The notes under the pieces were generated by a model. That model was not told the origin of the DNA and ran no database searches. It saw only the letters and a program-made list of their open reading frames with translations. Positions 13,158 to 28,309 of a stretch of 64,000 nucleotides of DNA are shown one piece after another (position 1 is the stretch's first letter; each line of letters opens with the position of its first letter). A program made the translations under genes and the position numbers. Source of the DNA: Eledone cirrhosa (lineage: Eukaryota); contig OZ024760.1 of assembly GCA_964016885.1 (NCBI GenBank), positions 30,876,001 to 30,940,000 of the forward strand, in the 5' to 3' direction.

Positions 13158-14720
13158 GTAATATAAAGTGTGATGTAATGTGTAATGTAATGTAATGTAA
13201 TGTAATGTAATGTAATGTAATGTAATGTAATGTGTAATGTAATGTAATGTAATGTAATGTAACGTAATGTAATGTAATGTAATGTAATGTAAAGTGTAAT
13301 GTAATGTAATGTAATGTAATGTAATGTGTAATGCAATTCAATGTAATGTAATGTAATGTAATGTAATGTAATGTAATGTAATGTAATATAATGTAATGTA
13401 ATGTGTAATGTAATGAATGTAATGTAATGTAATGTGTAATGTAATGTAATGTGTAATGTAATGTAATGTAATGTAATGTAATGTAATGTGTAATGTAATG
13501 TAATGTAATGTAATGTGTAATGTAATGTAATGTAATGTAACGTAATGTAATGTAATGTGTAACGTAATGTAATGTAATGTAATGTGATGTAATGTAATGT
13601 GTAACGTAATGTAATGTGTAATGTAATGTAATGTAAAGTAATGTAATGTAATGTAATGTAATGTAATGTAATGTAATGTAATGTAATGTGTAATGTAATG
13701 TAATGTAATGTGTAATGTAATGTAATGTATAATGTAATGTAATGTAATGTAATTAATGTAATGTAATGTGTAATGTAATGTAAGGTAATGTAATGTAATG
13801 TAATGTAATGTAATGTAATGTAATGTAATGTGTAATGTGTAATGTAATGTAACGTAATGTAACGTAATGTAATGTAATGTAATGTAATGTAATGTGTAAT
13901 GTAATGTAATGTAATGTAATGTAATGTAATGTAATGTGTAATGTAATGTAATGTGTAATGTAATGTAATGTAATGTAATGTAATGTAATGTAATGTGTAA
14001 TGTAATGTAATGTAATGTAATGTAATGTAATGTAATGTCTAATGTAATGTAATGTAATGTAATGTGTAATGTAATGTAATGTAATGTCTAATGTAATGTA
14101 ATGTAATGTAATGTGTAATGTAATGTAATGTAATGTAATGTAATGTAATGTAATGTGTAATGTAATGTAATGTAATGTAATGTAATGTAATGTAAAGTAA
14201 TGTAATGTAATGTAATGTAATGTAATGTAATGTAATGTAATGTAATGTTTAATGTAACGTAATGTAATGTAATGTAATGTGTAATTTAATGTAATGTAAT
14301 GTAATGTAATGTGTAATGTAATGTAATGTAATGTAATGTAATGTAATGTGTAATGTAATGTAATGTAATGTAATGTAATGTAGTGTAATGCAATGTAATG
14401 TAATGTAATGTAATGTGTAATGTAATGTAATGTAATGTAATGTGTAATGTAATGTAATGTAATGTAATGTAATGTGTAATGTAATGTAATGTAATGTGTA
14501 ATGTAAGGTAATGTAATGTGTAATGTAATGTAATGTAATGTAATGTATGTGTAATGTAATGTGTAATGTAATGTAATGTAATCTAATGTAATGTAATGTG
14601 TAATGTAACGTAATGTAATGTAATGTAATGTAATGTGTAATGTAATGTGTAATGTAATGTAAAGTAATGTAATGTAATGTAATGTGTAATGTAATGTAAT
14701 GTAATGTAATGTAATGTAAT

Positions 14721-14909
14721 ATAATTGTTTCTACTTTAGGCACAAGGCCAGCAATTACCCAGTGCATTACTGGTACTTTATTTTATCGACCCCGTAAGGA
14801 TGAAAGGCAAAGTCAACCTCGGCGGGATTTGAACTCAGATCGTAAATGGACGTAACTATGCTGGAAAGCATGACGTCCGACCCTCTACCGATACTGCCAA
14901 TCCAGCACC
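14721..14909 (-). mobile_element. SINE copy 6 (group A)
   Basis: Near-identical; private variant ccagcacc. Confidence 0.88.
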
Positions 14910-17772
14910 GTAATATAAAGTGTGATGTAATGTGTAATGTAATGTAATGTAATGTAATGTAATGTAATGTAATGTAATGTAATGTGTAATGTAATGTAAT
15001 GTAATGTAATGTAACGTAATGTAATGTAATGTAATGTAATGTAAAGTGTAATGTAATGTAATGTAATGTAATGTAATGTGTAATGCAATTCAATGTAATG
15101 TAATGTAATGTAATGTAATGTAATGTAATGTAATGTAATATAATGTAATGTAATGTGTAATGTAATGAATGTAATGTAATGTAATGTAATGTAATGTGTA
15201 ATGTAATGTAATGTGTAATGTAATGTAATGTAATGTAATGTAATGTAATGTAATGTGTAATGTAATGTAATGTAATGTAATGTGTAATGTAATGTAATGT
15301 AATGTAACGTAATGTAATGTAATGTGTAACGTAATGTAATGTAATGTAATGTGATGTAATGTAATGTGTAACGTAATGTAATGTGTAATGTAATGTAATG
15401 TAAAGTAATGTAATGTAATGTAATGTAATGTAATGTAATGTAATGTAATGTAATGTAATGTGTAATGTAATGTAATGTAATGTGTAATGTAATGTAATGT
15501 ATAATGTAATGTAATGTAATGTAATTAATGTAATGTAATGTGTAATGTAATGTAATGTAATGTAATGTAATGTAATGTAATGTAATGTAATGTAATGTGT
15601 AATGTGTAATGTAATGTAACGTAATGTAACGTAATGTAATGTAATGTAATGTAATGTAATGTGTAATGTAATGTAATGTAATGTAATGTAATGTAATGTA
15701 ATGTAATGTAATGTAATGTGTAATGTAATGTAATGTGTAATGTAATGTAATGTAATGTAATGTAATGTAATGTAATGTGTAATGTAATGTAATGTAATGT
15801 AATGTAATGTAATGTAATGTCTAATGTAATGTAATGTAATGTAATGTGTAATGTAATGTAATGTAATGTGATGTAATGTCTAATGTAATGTAATGTAATG
15901 TAATGTGTAATGTAATGTAATGTAATGTAATGTAATGTAATGTGTAATGTAATGTAATGTAATGTAATGTAATGTAATGTAAAGTAATGTAATGTAATGT
16001 AATGTAATGTAATGTAATGTAATGTAATGTGTAATGTAACGTAATGTAATGTAATGTAATGTGTAATTTAATGTAATGTAATGTAATGTAATGTGTAATG
16101 TAATGTAATGTAATGTAATGTAATGTAATGTGTAATGTAATGTAATGTAATGTAATGTAATGTAGTGTAATGCAATGTAATGTAATGTAATGTAATGTGT
16201 AATGTAATGTAATGTAATGTAATGTAATGTAATCTAATGTGTAATGTAATGTAATGTAATGTAATGTAATGTAATTTAATGTGTAATGTAATGTAATGTA
16301 AAGTGTAATGTAATGTTATGTAATGTAATGTAATGTAACGTAATGTAATGTAATGTAATGTAATGTATAATGTAATGTAATGTAATGTAATGTAATGTAA
16401 TGTAATGTAATGTAATGTAACGTAATGTAATGTAATGTAATGTAATGTGTAATGTAATGTAATGTAATGTAATGTAATGTAATGTGTAATGTAATGTAAT
16501 GTAATGTAATGTGTAATGTAACGTAACGTAATGTAATGTAATGTGTAATTTAATGTAATGTAATGTAATGTAATGTAATGTTTAACGTAATGTAATGTAA
16601 TGTAATGTGTAATGTGTCATGTAATGTAATGTAATGTAATGTAATGTAATGTGTAATGTAATGTAATGTAATCTAATGTAATGTAATGTAATGTAATGTA
16701 ACATGTAATGTAATGTAATGTAATGTAATGTAATGTGTAATGTAATGTAATGTAATGTGTAATGTAACGTAATGTAATGTAATGTGTAATGTCATATAAT
16801 GTAATGTGTAATGTAAGGTAATGTAATGTAATGTAATGTAATGTGTAATGTAATTTAATGTAATGTAATGTAATGTGTAATGTAAGGTAATGTAATGTAA
16901 TGTAATGTTTATGTGTAATGTAATGTAACGCAATGTAATGTAATGTAATGTAATGTAATGTGGAATGTAATGTAATGTAATGTAATGTAATGTGTAATGT
17001 AATGTAATGTGTAATGTAATGTAATGTTACGTGTAATGTAATGTAATGTAATGTAATGTGTAAAGTAATGTGTAATGTAATGTAATGTAATGTAATGTGT
17101 AATGTAATGTAATGTAATGTAATGTAATATAATGTAATGTAATGTGTAATGTAATGTAATGTAAAGTGTAATGTAATGTAATGTAATGTAATGTAATGTA
17201 ATGTGTAATGTAATGTGTAATGTAATGTAATGTAATGTGTAACGTAATGTAATGTAATGTAATGTAAGGTAATGTAATGTAATGTAATGTGTAATGTAAT
17301 GTAATGTAATGTAATGTAATGTAATGTAATGTAATGTAATATAATGTGTAATGTAATGTAATGTAATGTACTGAAATGTGTAATGTAATGTAATGTAATG
17401 TAATGTAATGTAATGTAATGTAATGTAATGTAATGTAATGTGTAATGTAATGTAATGTAATGTAATGTAATGTGTAATGTAATGTAATGTAATGTAATGT
17501 GTAATGTAATGTAATGTAATGTAATGTAATGTGTAATGTTATGTAATGTAATGTGTAATGTAAGGTAATGTAATGTGTAATGTAATGTAATGTAATGTAA
17601 TGTATGTGTAATGTAATGTGTAATGTAATGTAATGTAATCTAATGTAATGTAATGTGTAATGTAATGTAATGTAATGTAATGTAATGTGTAATGTAATGT
17701 GTAATGTAATGTAAAGTAATGTAATGTAATGTAATGTGTAATGTAATGTAATGTAATGTAATGTAATGTAAT

Positions 17773-17961
17773 ATAATTGTTTCTACTTTAGGCACAAGGC
17801 CAGCAATTACCCAGTGCATTACTGGTACTTTATTCTATCGACCCCGTAAGGATGAAAGGCAAAGTCAACCTCGGCGGGATTTGAACTCAGATCGTAAATG
17901 GACGTAACTATGCTGGAAAGCATGACGTCCGACCCTCTACCGATACTGCCAATCCACCACC
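17773..17961 (-). mobile_element. SINE copy 7 (group A, ttattctatc variant)
   Basis: Same sequence as copies 4 and 11. Confidence 0.88.
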
Positions 17962-19900
17962 GTAATATAAAGTGTGATGTAATGTGTAATGTAATGTAAT
18001 GTAATGTAATGTAATGTAATGTAATGTGTAATGTAATGTAATGTAATGTAACGTAATGTAATGTAATGTGTAATGTAATGTAATGTAATGTAATGTAACG
18101 TAATGTAATGTAATGTAATGTAATGTGTAATGTAATGTAATGTAACGTAATGTAATGTAATGTAATGTAATGTAATCTGTAATGTAATGTAATGTAATGT
18201 AATGTGTAATGTAACGTAACGTAATGTAATGTAATGTGTAATTTAATGTAATGTAATGTAATGTAATGTTTAACGTAATGTAATGTAATGTAATGTGTAA
18301 TGTGTCATGTAATGTAATGTAATGTAATGTAATGTAATGTAATGTGTAATGTAATCTAATCTAATCTAATGTAATGTAATGTAATGTAATGTAATGTCAT
18401 GTAATGTAAAGTAACGTGTAATGTAATGTGTAATGTAAGGTAATGTAATGTAATGTAATGTAATGTAATGTGTAATGTAATGTAATGTAATGTAATGTAA
18501 TGTGTAATGTAAGGTAATGTAATGTAATGTAATGTAATGTGTAATGTAATGTAACGTAATGTAATGTAATGTAATGTAATGTAATGTAATGTAATGTAAT
18601 GTGTAAAGTAATGTAATATGTAATGTAATGTAATGTTACGTGTAATGTAATGTAATGTAATGTAATGTAATGTAATCTGTAAAGTAATGTGTAATGTAAT
18701 GTAATGTAATGTAATGTGTAATGTAATGTAATGTAAAGTGTAATGTAATGTAATGTAAAGTAATGTAATGTGTAATGTAATGTGTAATGTAATGTAATGT
18801 AATGTGTAACGTAATGTAATGTAATGTAATGTAATGTAATGTAATGTAATGTAATGTGTAATGTAATGTAATGTAATGTAATGTGATATAATGTGTAATG
18901 TAATGTAATGTAATGTACTGTAATGTGTAATGTAATGTAATGTAATGTAATGTAATGTACTGTAATGTAATGTAAGGTAATGTAATGTAATGTAATGTAA
19001 TGTAATGTAATGTAATGTAATGTGTAATGTAATGTAATGTAATGTAATGTAATGTGTAATGTAATGTAATGTAATGTAATGTGTAATGTAATGTAATGTA
19101 ATGTGGAATGTAATGTAATGTAATGTAATGTGTAATGTAATGTAATGTGTAATGTAATGTAATGTTACGTGTAATGTAATGTAATGTAATGTAATGTAAT
19201 ATAATGTAATGTAATGTGTAATGTAATGTAATGTAAAGTGTAATGTAATGTAATGTAATGTGTAATGTAATGTGTAATGTAATGTAATGTAATGTGTAAC
19301 GTAATGTAATGTAATGTAATGTAATGTAATGTAATGTAATGTGTAATGTAATGTAATGTAATGTAATGTAATATAATGTGTAATGTAATGTAATGTAATG
19401 TAGTGTAATGTGTAATATAATGTAATGTAATGTAATGTAATGTAATGTAAGGTAATGTAATGTAATGTAATGTAATGTAATGTAATGTAATGTAATGTAA
19501 TGTAATGTGTAATGTAATGTAATGTGTAATGTAATGTAATGTAATGTAATGTGTAATGTAATGTAATGTATGTGTAATGTAATCTAATGTAATGTAATGT
19601 AATGTAATGTGTAATGTAATGTAATGTAATGTAATGTAATGTGTAATGTAATGTAATGTAATGTAATGTCTAATGTAATGTAATGTAACGTAATGTAATG
19701 TAATGTAATGTAATATAATGTAATGTAATGTAATGTAATGTGTAATGTAATGTGTAATGTAATGTGTAATGTAATGTAATGTGTAATGTAATGTGTAATG
19801 TAATGTAATGTAATGTAATGTGTAATGTAATGTGTAATGTAATGTAATGTAATGTGTAATGTAATGTAATGTAATGTAATGTAATGTAATGTAATGTAAT

Positions 19901-20090
19901 ATAATTGTTTCTACTTTAGGCACAAGGCCAGCAATTACCCAGTGCATTACTGGTACTTTATTTTATCGACCCCGTAAGGATGAAAGGCAAAGTCAACCTC
20001 GGCGGGATTTGTAACTCAGATCGTAAATGGACGTAACTATGCTGGAAAGCATGACGTCCGACCCTCTACCGATACTGCCAATCCACCACC
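19901..20090 (-). mobile_element. SINE copy 8 (group B, 1-nt insertion in B box)
   Basis: gggatttgtaactc instead of gggatttgaactc; right flank ctaatataaagtgtaat. Confidence 0.88.
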
Positions 20091-20791
20091 CTAATATAAA
20101 GTGTAATGTAATGTGTAATGTAATGTAATGTAATGTAATGTAATATATTGTGTAATGTAATGTAATGTAATGTAGTGTAATGTGTAATGTAATGTAATGT
20201 AATGTAATGTAATGTAATGTAATGTAATGTAATGTAAGGTAATGTAATGTAATGTAATGTAATGTAATGTAATGTAATGTAATGTAATGTAATGTGTAAT
20301 GTAATGTAATGTGTAATGTAATGTAATGTAATGTAATGTGTAATGTAATGTAATGTATGTGTAATGTAATCTAATGTAATGTAATGTAATGTAATGTGTA
20401 ATGTAATGTAATGTAATGTAATGTAATGTGTAATGTAATGTAATGTAATGTAATGTCTAATGTAATGTAATGTAACGTAATGTAATGTAATGTAATGTAA
20501 TATAATGTAATGTAATGTAATGTAATGTGTAATGTAATGTGTAATGTAATGTGTAATGTAATGTAATGTGTAATGTAATGTGTAATGTAATGTAATGTAA
20601 TGTGTAATGTAATGTAATGTAATGTAACGTAATGTAATGTGTAATGTAATGTGTAATGTAATGTGTAATGTAATGTAATGTGTAATGTAATGTGTAATGT
20701 AATGTGTAATGTAATGTAATGTGTAATGTAATGTGTAATGTAATGTAATGTAATGTGTAATGTAATGTAATGTAATGTAATGTAATGTAAT

Positions 20792-20981
20792 ATAATTGTT
20801 TCTACTTTAGGCACAAGGCCAGCAATTACCCAGTGCATTACTGGTACTTTATTTTATCGACCCCGTAAGGATGAAAGACAAAGTCAACCTCGGCGGGATT
20901 TGTAACTCAGATCGTAAATGGACGTAACTATGCTGGAAAGCATGACGTCCGACCCTCTACCGATACTGCCAATCCACCACC
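20792..20981 (-). mobile_element. SINE copy 9 (group B)
   Basis: B-box insertion plus the gaaagaca variant. Confidence 0.88.
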
Positions 20982-21656
20982 CTAATATAAAGTGTAATGT
21001 AATGTGTAATGTAATGTAATGTAATGTAATGTAATATAATGTGTAATGTAATGTAATGTAATGTAGTGTAATGTGTAATGTAATGTAATGTAATGTAATG
21101 TAATGTAATGTAATGTAATGTAATGTAAGGTAATGTAATGTAATGTAATGTAATGTAATGTAATGTAATGTAATGTAATGTAATGTAATGTGTAATGTAA
21201 TGTAATGTGTAATGTAATGTAATGTAATGTAATGTGTAATGTAATGTAATGTATGTGTAATGTAATCTAATGTAATGTAATGTAATGTAATGTGTAATGT
21301 AATGTAATGTAATGTAATGTAATGTGTAATGTAATGTAATGTAATGTAATGTCTAATGTAATGTAATGTAACGTAATGTAATGTAATGTAATGTAATGTA
21401 ATGTAATGTAATGTAATGTAATGTAATGTAATGTGTAATGTAATGTGTAATGTAATGTGTAATGTAATGTAATGTGTAATGTAATGTGTAATGTAATGTA
21501 ATGTAATGTGTAATGTAATGTAATGTAATGTAACGTAATGTAATGTGTAATGTAATGTGTAATGTAATGTGTAATGTAATGTAATGTGTAATGTAATGTG
21601 TAATGTAATGTAATGTAATGTGTAATGTAATGTAATATAATGTAATGTAATGTAAT

Positions 21657-21846
21657 ATAATTGTTTCTACTTTAGGCACAAGGCCAGCAATTACCCAGTG
21701 CATTACTGGTACTTTATTTTATCGACCCCGTAAGGATGAAAGGCAAAGTCAACCTCGGCGGGATTTGTAACTCAGATCGTAAATGGACGTAACTATGCTG
21801 GAAAGCATGACGTCCGACCCCCTACAGATACTGCCAATCCACCACC
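21657..21846 (-). mobile_element. SINE copy 10 (group B)
   Basis: B-box insertion plus two substitutions at or next to the A box (cctacagata instead of tctaccgata). Confidence 0.88.
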
Positions 21847-22163
21847 CTAATATAAAGTGTAATGTAATGTGTAATGTAATGTAATGTAATGTAATGTAAT
21901 GTAATGTAATGTAATGTGTAATGTGTAATGTGTAATGTAATGTAATGTAATGTAATGTAATGTAATGTAATGTAATGAAATGTAATGTAATGTAATGTAA
22001 TGTAATGTAATGTAATGTAATGTTATGTGTAATGTAATGTAATGTGTAATGTAATGTAATGTAATGTAATGTAATGTAATGTAATGTGTAATGTAATGTA
22101 ATGTAATGTAATGGAACGTAATATTTAATGTCATGTAATGTAATGTAATGTGTAATGTAATGT

Positions 22164-22167
22164 AAAA
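22164..22167 (-). terminator. TTTT run on the SINE sense strand; possible minimal Pol III terminator (paralogous sites at 28817-28820 and 35701-35704)
   Basis: Plus-strand gtaaaataat. These three are the only A4 runs I saw in the window. Function is inferred only. Confidence 0.25.
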
Positions 22168-24425
22168 TAATGTAATGTAATGTAATGTAATGTAAAGTAA
22201 CGTGTAATGTAATGTAATGTGTAATGTAATGTAATGTGTAATGTAATGTAATGTGTAATGTAATGTAATGTAATGTAATGTAATGTAATGTAATGTAATG
22301 TCTAATGTAATGTAATGTAATGTAATGTGTAATGTAATGTAATGTAATGTAAAGTAACGTGTAATGTAATGTAATGTAATGTAATGTAATGTAATGTAAA
22401 GTGTAATGTAATGTGTAATGTAATATAATGTAATGTAATGTAATGTGTAATGTAATGTAATGTAATGTAATGTAATGTAATCTGGAATGTAATGTAAAGT
22501 AATGTAATGTAATGTAATGTAATGTGTAATGTAATGTAACGTAATGTAATGTAATGTAATGTAATGTAATGTAATGTAATGTAATGTAATGTAATGTAAT
22601 GTAATGTAATGTAATGTAATGTAATGTAATGTAATGTAATGTGTAATGTGTAATGTAATGTAATGTGTAATGTAATGTGTAATGTAATGTAATGTAATGT
22701 AATGTAATGTAATGTAGTGTAATGTAATGTAATGTAATGTGTAATGTAATGTAATGTAATGTAAAGTAATGTAATGTAATGTAATGTAATGTAATGTAAT
22801 GTGTAATGTAATGTAATGTAATGTAATGTAATGTGTAATGTAATGTAATGTATTCTGTAATGTCATGTAATGTAATGTAATGTGTAATGTAATGTAATGT
22901 AAGGTAATGTAATGTAATGTAACGTAATGTAATGTAATTTAATGTGTAATGTAATGTAATGTAAAGTGTAATGTAATGTTATGTAATGTAATGTAATGTA
23001 ACGTAATGTAATGTAATGTAATGTAATGTAATGTAATGTATAATGTAATGTAATGTAATGTAATGTAATGTAATGTAATGTAATGTAATGTAACGTAATG
23101 TAATGTAATGTAATGTAATGTGTAATGTAATGTAATGTAATGTAATGTAATGTAATGTGTAATGTAATGTAATGTAATGTAATGTGTAATGTAACGTAAC
23201 GTAATGTAATGTAATGTGTAATTTAATGTAATGTAATGTAATGTAATGTAATGTTTAACGTAATGTAATGTAATGTAATGTGTAATGTGTCATGTAATGT
23301 AATGTAATGTAATGTAATGTAATGTGTAATGTAATGTAATGTAATCTAATGTAATGTAATGTAATGTAATGTAACATGTAATGTAATGTAATGTAATGTA
23401 ATGTAATGTGTAATGTAATGTAATGTAATGTGTAATGTAACGTAATGTAATGTAATGTGTAATGTCATATAATGTAATGTGTAATGTAAGGTAATGTAAT
23501 GTAATGTAATGTAATGTGTAATGTAATTTAATGTAATGTAATGTAATGTGTAATGTAAGGTAATGTAATGTAATGTAATGTTTATGTGTAATGTAATGTA
23601 ACGCAATGTAATGTAATGTAATGTAATGTAATGTGGAATGTAATGTAATGTAATGTAATGTAATGTGTAATGTAATGTAATGTGTAATGTAATGTAATGT
23701 TACGTGTAATGTAATGTAATGTAATGTAATGTGTAAAGTAATGTGTAATGTAATGTAATGTAATGTAATGTGTAATGTAATGTAATGTAATGTAATGTAA
23801 TATAATGTAATGTAATGTGTAATGTAATGTAATGTAAAGTGTAATGTAATGTAATGTAATGTAATGTAATGTAATGTGTAATGTAATGTGTAATGTAATG
23901 TAATGTAATGTGTAACGTAATGTAATGTAATGTAATGTAAGGTAATGTAATGTAATGTAATGTGTAATGTAATGTAATGTAATGTAATGTAATATAATGT
24001 GTAATGTAATGTAATGTAATGTACTGAAATGTGTAATGTAATGTAATGTAATGTAATGTAATGTAATGTAATGTAATGTAATGTAATGTAATGTGTAATG
24101 TAATGTAATGTAATGTAATGTAATGTGTAATGTAATGTAATGTAATGTAATGTGTAATGTAATGTAATGTAATGTAATGTAATGTGTAATGTTATGTAAT
24201 GTAATGTGTAATGTAAGGTAATGTAATGTGTAATGTAATGTAATGTAATGTAATGTATGTGTAATGTAATGTGTAATGTAATGTAATGTAATCTAATGTA
24301 ATGTAATGTGTAATGTAATGTAATGTAATGTAATGTAATGTGTAATGTAATGTGTAATGTAATGTAAAGTAATGTAATGTAATGTAATGTGTAATGTAAT
24401 GTAATGTAATGTAATGTAATGTAAT

Positions 24426-24614
24426 ATAATTGTTTCTACTTTAGGCACAAGGCCAGCAATTACCCAGTGCATTACTGGTACTTTATTCTATCGACCCCGT
24501 AAGGATGAAAGGCAAAGTCAACCTCGGCGGGATTTGAACTCAGATCGTAAATGGACGTAACTATGCTGGAAAGCATGACGTCCGACCCTCTACCGATACT
24601 GCCAATCCACCACC
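24426..24614 (-). mobile_element. SINE copy 11 (group A, duplicate of copy 7)
   Basis: ttattctatc variant; offset 6653 from copy 7. Confidence 0.88.
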
Positions 24615-26553
24615 GTAATATAAAGTGTGATGTAATGTGTAATGTAATGTAATGTAATGTAATGTAATGTAATGTAATGTGTAATGTAATGTAATGTAAT
24701 GTAACGTAATGTAATGTAATGTGTAATGTAATGTAATGTAATGTAATGTAACGTAATGTAATGTAATGTAATGTAATGTGTAATGTAATGTAATGTAACG
24801 TAATGTAATGTAATGTAATGTAATGTAATCTGTAATGTAATGTAATGTAATGTAATGTGTAATGTAACGTAACGTAATGTAATGTAATGTGTAATTTAAT
24901 GTAATGTAATGTAATGTAATGTTTAACGTAATGTAATGTAATGTAATGTGTAATGTGTCATGTAATGTAATGTAATGTAATGTAATGTAATGTAATGTGT
25001 AATGTAATCTAATCTAATCTAATGTAATGTAATGTAATGTAATGTAATGTCATGTAATGTAAAGTAACGTGTAATGTAATGTGTAATGTAAGGTAATGTA
25101 ATGTAATGTAATGTAATGTAATGTGTAATGTAATGTAATGTAATGTAATGTAATGTGTAATGTAAGGTAATGTAATGTAATGTAATGTAATGTGTAATGT
25201 AATGTAACGTAATGTAATGTAATGTAATGTAATGTAATGTAATGTAATGTAATGTGTAAAGTAATGTAATATGTAATGTAATGTAATGTTACGTGTAATG
25301 TAATGTAATGTAATGTAATGTAATGTAATCTGTAAAGTAATGTGTAATGTAATGTAATGTAATGTAATGTGTAATGTAATGTAATGTAAAGTGTAATGTA
25401 ATGTAATGTAAAGTAATGTAATGTGTAATGTAATGTGTAATGTAATGTAATGTAATGTGTAACGTAATGTAATGTAATGTAATGTAATGTAATGTAATGT
25501 AATGTAATGTGTAATGTAATGTAATGTAATGTAATGTGATATAATGTGTAATGTAATGTAATGTAATGTACTGTAATGTGTAATGTAATGTAATGTAATG
25601 TAATGTAATGTACTGTAATGTAATGTAAGGTAATGTAATGTAATGTAATGTAATGTAATGTAATGTAATGTAATGTGTAATGTAATGTAATGTAATGTAA
25701 TGTAATGTGTAATGTAATGTAATGTAATGTAATGTGTAATGTAATGTAATGTAATGTGGAATGTAATGTAATGTAATGTAATGTGTAATGTAATGTAATG
25801 TGTAATGTAATGTAATGTTACGTGTAATGTAATGTAATGTAATGTAATGTAATATAATGTAATGTAATGTGTAATGTAATGTAATGTAAAGTGTAATGTA
25901 ATGTAATGTAATGTGTAATGTAATGTGTAATGTAATGTAATGTAATGTGTAACGTAATGTAATGTAATGTAATGTAATGTAATGTAATGTAATGTGTAAT
26001 GTAATGTAATGTAATGTAATGTAATATAATGTGTAATGTAATGTAATGTAATGTAGTGTAATGTGTAATATAATGTAATGTAATGTAATGTAATGTAATG
26101 TAAGGTAATGTAATGTAATGTAATGTAATGTAATGTAATGTAATGTAATGTAATGTAATGTGTAATGTAATGTAATGTGTAATGTAATGTAATGTAATGT
26201 AATGTGTAATGTAATGTAATGTATGTGTAATGTAATCTAATGTAATGTAATGTAATGTAATGTGTAATGTAATGTAATGTAATGTAATGTAATGTGTAAT
26301 GTAATGTAATGTAATGTAATGTCTAATGTAATGTAATGTAACGTAATGTAATGTAATGTAATGTAATATAATGTAATGTAATGTAATGTAATGTGTAATG
26401 TAATGTGTAATGTAATGTGTAATGTAATGTAATGTGTAATGTAATGTGTAATGTAATGTAATGTAATGTAATGTGTAATGTAATGTGTAATGTAATGTAA
26501 TGTAATGTGTAATGTAATGTAATGTAATGTAATGTAATGTAATGTAATGTAAT

Positions 26554-26743
26554 ATAATTGTTTCTACTTTAGGCACAAGGCCAGCAATTACCCAGTGCAT
26601 TACTGGTACTTTATTTTATCGACCCCGTAAGGATGAAAGGCAAAGTCAACCTCGGCGGGATTTGTAACTCAGATCGTAAATGGACGTAACTATGCTGGAA
26701 AGCATGACGTCCGACCCTCTACCGATACTGCCAATCCACCACC
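26554..26743 (-). mobile_element. SINE copy 12 (group B, duplicate of copy 8)
   Basis: B-box insertion; offset 6653. Confidence 0.88.
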
Positions 26744-27444
26744 CTAATATAAAGTGTAATGTAATGTGTAATGTAATGTAATGTAATGTAATGTAATATA
26801 TTGTGTAATGTAATGTAATGTAATGTAGTGTAATGTGTAATGTAATGTAATGTAATGTAATGTAATGTAATGTAATGTAATGTAATGTAAGGTAATGTAA
26901 TGTAATGTAATGTAATGTAATGTAATGTAATGTAATGTAATGTAATGTGTAATGTAATGTAATGTGTAATGTAATGTAATGTAATGTAATGTGTAATGTA
27001 ATGTAATGTATGTGTAATGTAATCTAATGTAATGTAATGTAATGTAATGTGTAATGTAATGTAATGTAATGTAATGTAATGTGTAATGTAATGTAATGTA
27101 ATGTAATGTCTAATGTAATGTAATGTAACGTAATGTAATGTAATGTAATGTAATATAATGTAATGTAATGTAATGTAATGTGTAATGTAATGTGTAATGT
27201 AATGTGTAATGTAATGTAATGTGTAATGTAATGTGTAATGTAATGTAATGTAATGTGTAATGTAATGTAATGTAATGTAACGTAATGTAATGTGTAATGT
27301 AATGTGTAATGTAATGTGTAATGTAATGTAATGTGTAATGTAATGTGTAATGTAATGTGTAATGTAATGTAATGTGTAATGTAATGTGTAATGTAATGTA
27401 ATGTAATGTGTAATGTAATGTAATGTAATGTAATGTAATGTAAT

Positions 27445-27634
27445 ATAATTGTTTCTACTTTAGGCACAAGGCCAGCAATTACCCAGTGCATTACTGGTAC
27501 TTTATTTTATCGACCCCGTAAGGATGAAAGACAAAGTCAACCTCGGCGGGATTTGTAACTCAGATCGTAAATGGACGTAACTATGCTGGAAAGCATGACG
27601 TCCGACCCTCTACCGATACTGCCAATCCACCACC
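27445..27634 (-). mobile_element. SINE copy 13 (group B, duplicate of copy 9)
   Basis: B-box insertion and gaaagaca; offset 6653. Confidence 0.88.
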
Positions 27635-28309
27635 CTAATATAAAGTGTAATGTAATGTGTAATGTAATGTAATGTAATGTAATGTAATATAATGTGTAAT
27701 GTAATGTAATGTAATGTAGTGTAATGTGTAATGTAATGTAATGTAATGTAATGTAATGTAATGTAATGTAATGTAATGTAAGGTAATGTAATGTAATGTA
27801 ATGTAATGTAATGTAATGTAATGTAATGTAATGTAATGTAATGTAATGTGTAATGTAATGTAATGTGTAATGTAATGTAATGTAATGTAATGTGTAATGT
27901 AATGTAATGTATGTGTAATGTAATCTAATGTAATGTAATGTAATGTAATGTGTAATGTAATGTAATGTAATGTAATGTAATGTGTAATGTAATGTAATGT
28001 AATGTAATGTCTAATGTAATGTAATGTAACGTAATGTAATGTAATGTAATGTAATGTAATGTAATGTAATGTAATGTAATGTAATGTGTAATGTAATGTG
28101 TAATGTAATGTGTAATGTAATGTAATGTGTAATGTAATGTGTAATGTAATGTAATGTAATGTGTAATGTAATGTAATGTAATGTAACGTAATGTAATGTG
28201 TAATGTAATGTGTAATGTAATGTGTAATGTAATGTAATGTGTAATGTAATGTGTAATGTAATGTAATGTAATGTGTAATGTAATGTAATATAATGTAATG
28301 TAATGTAAT

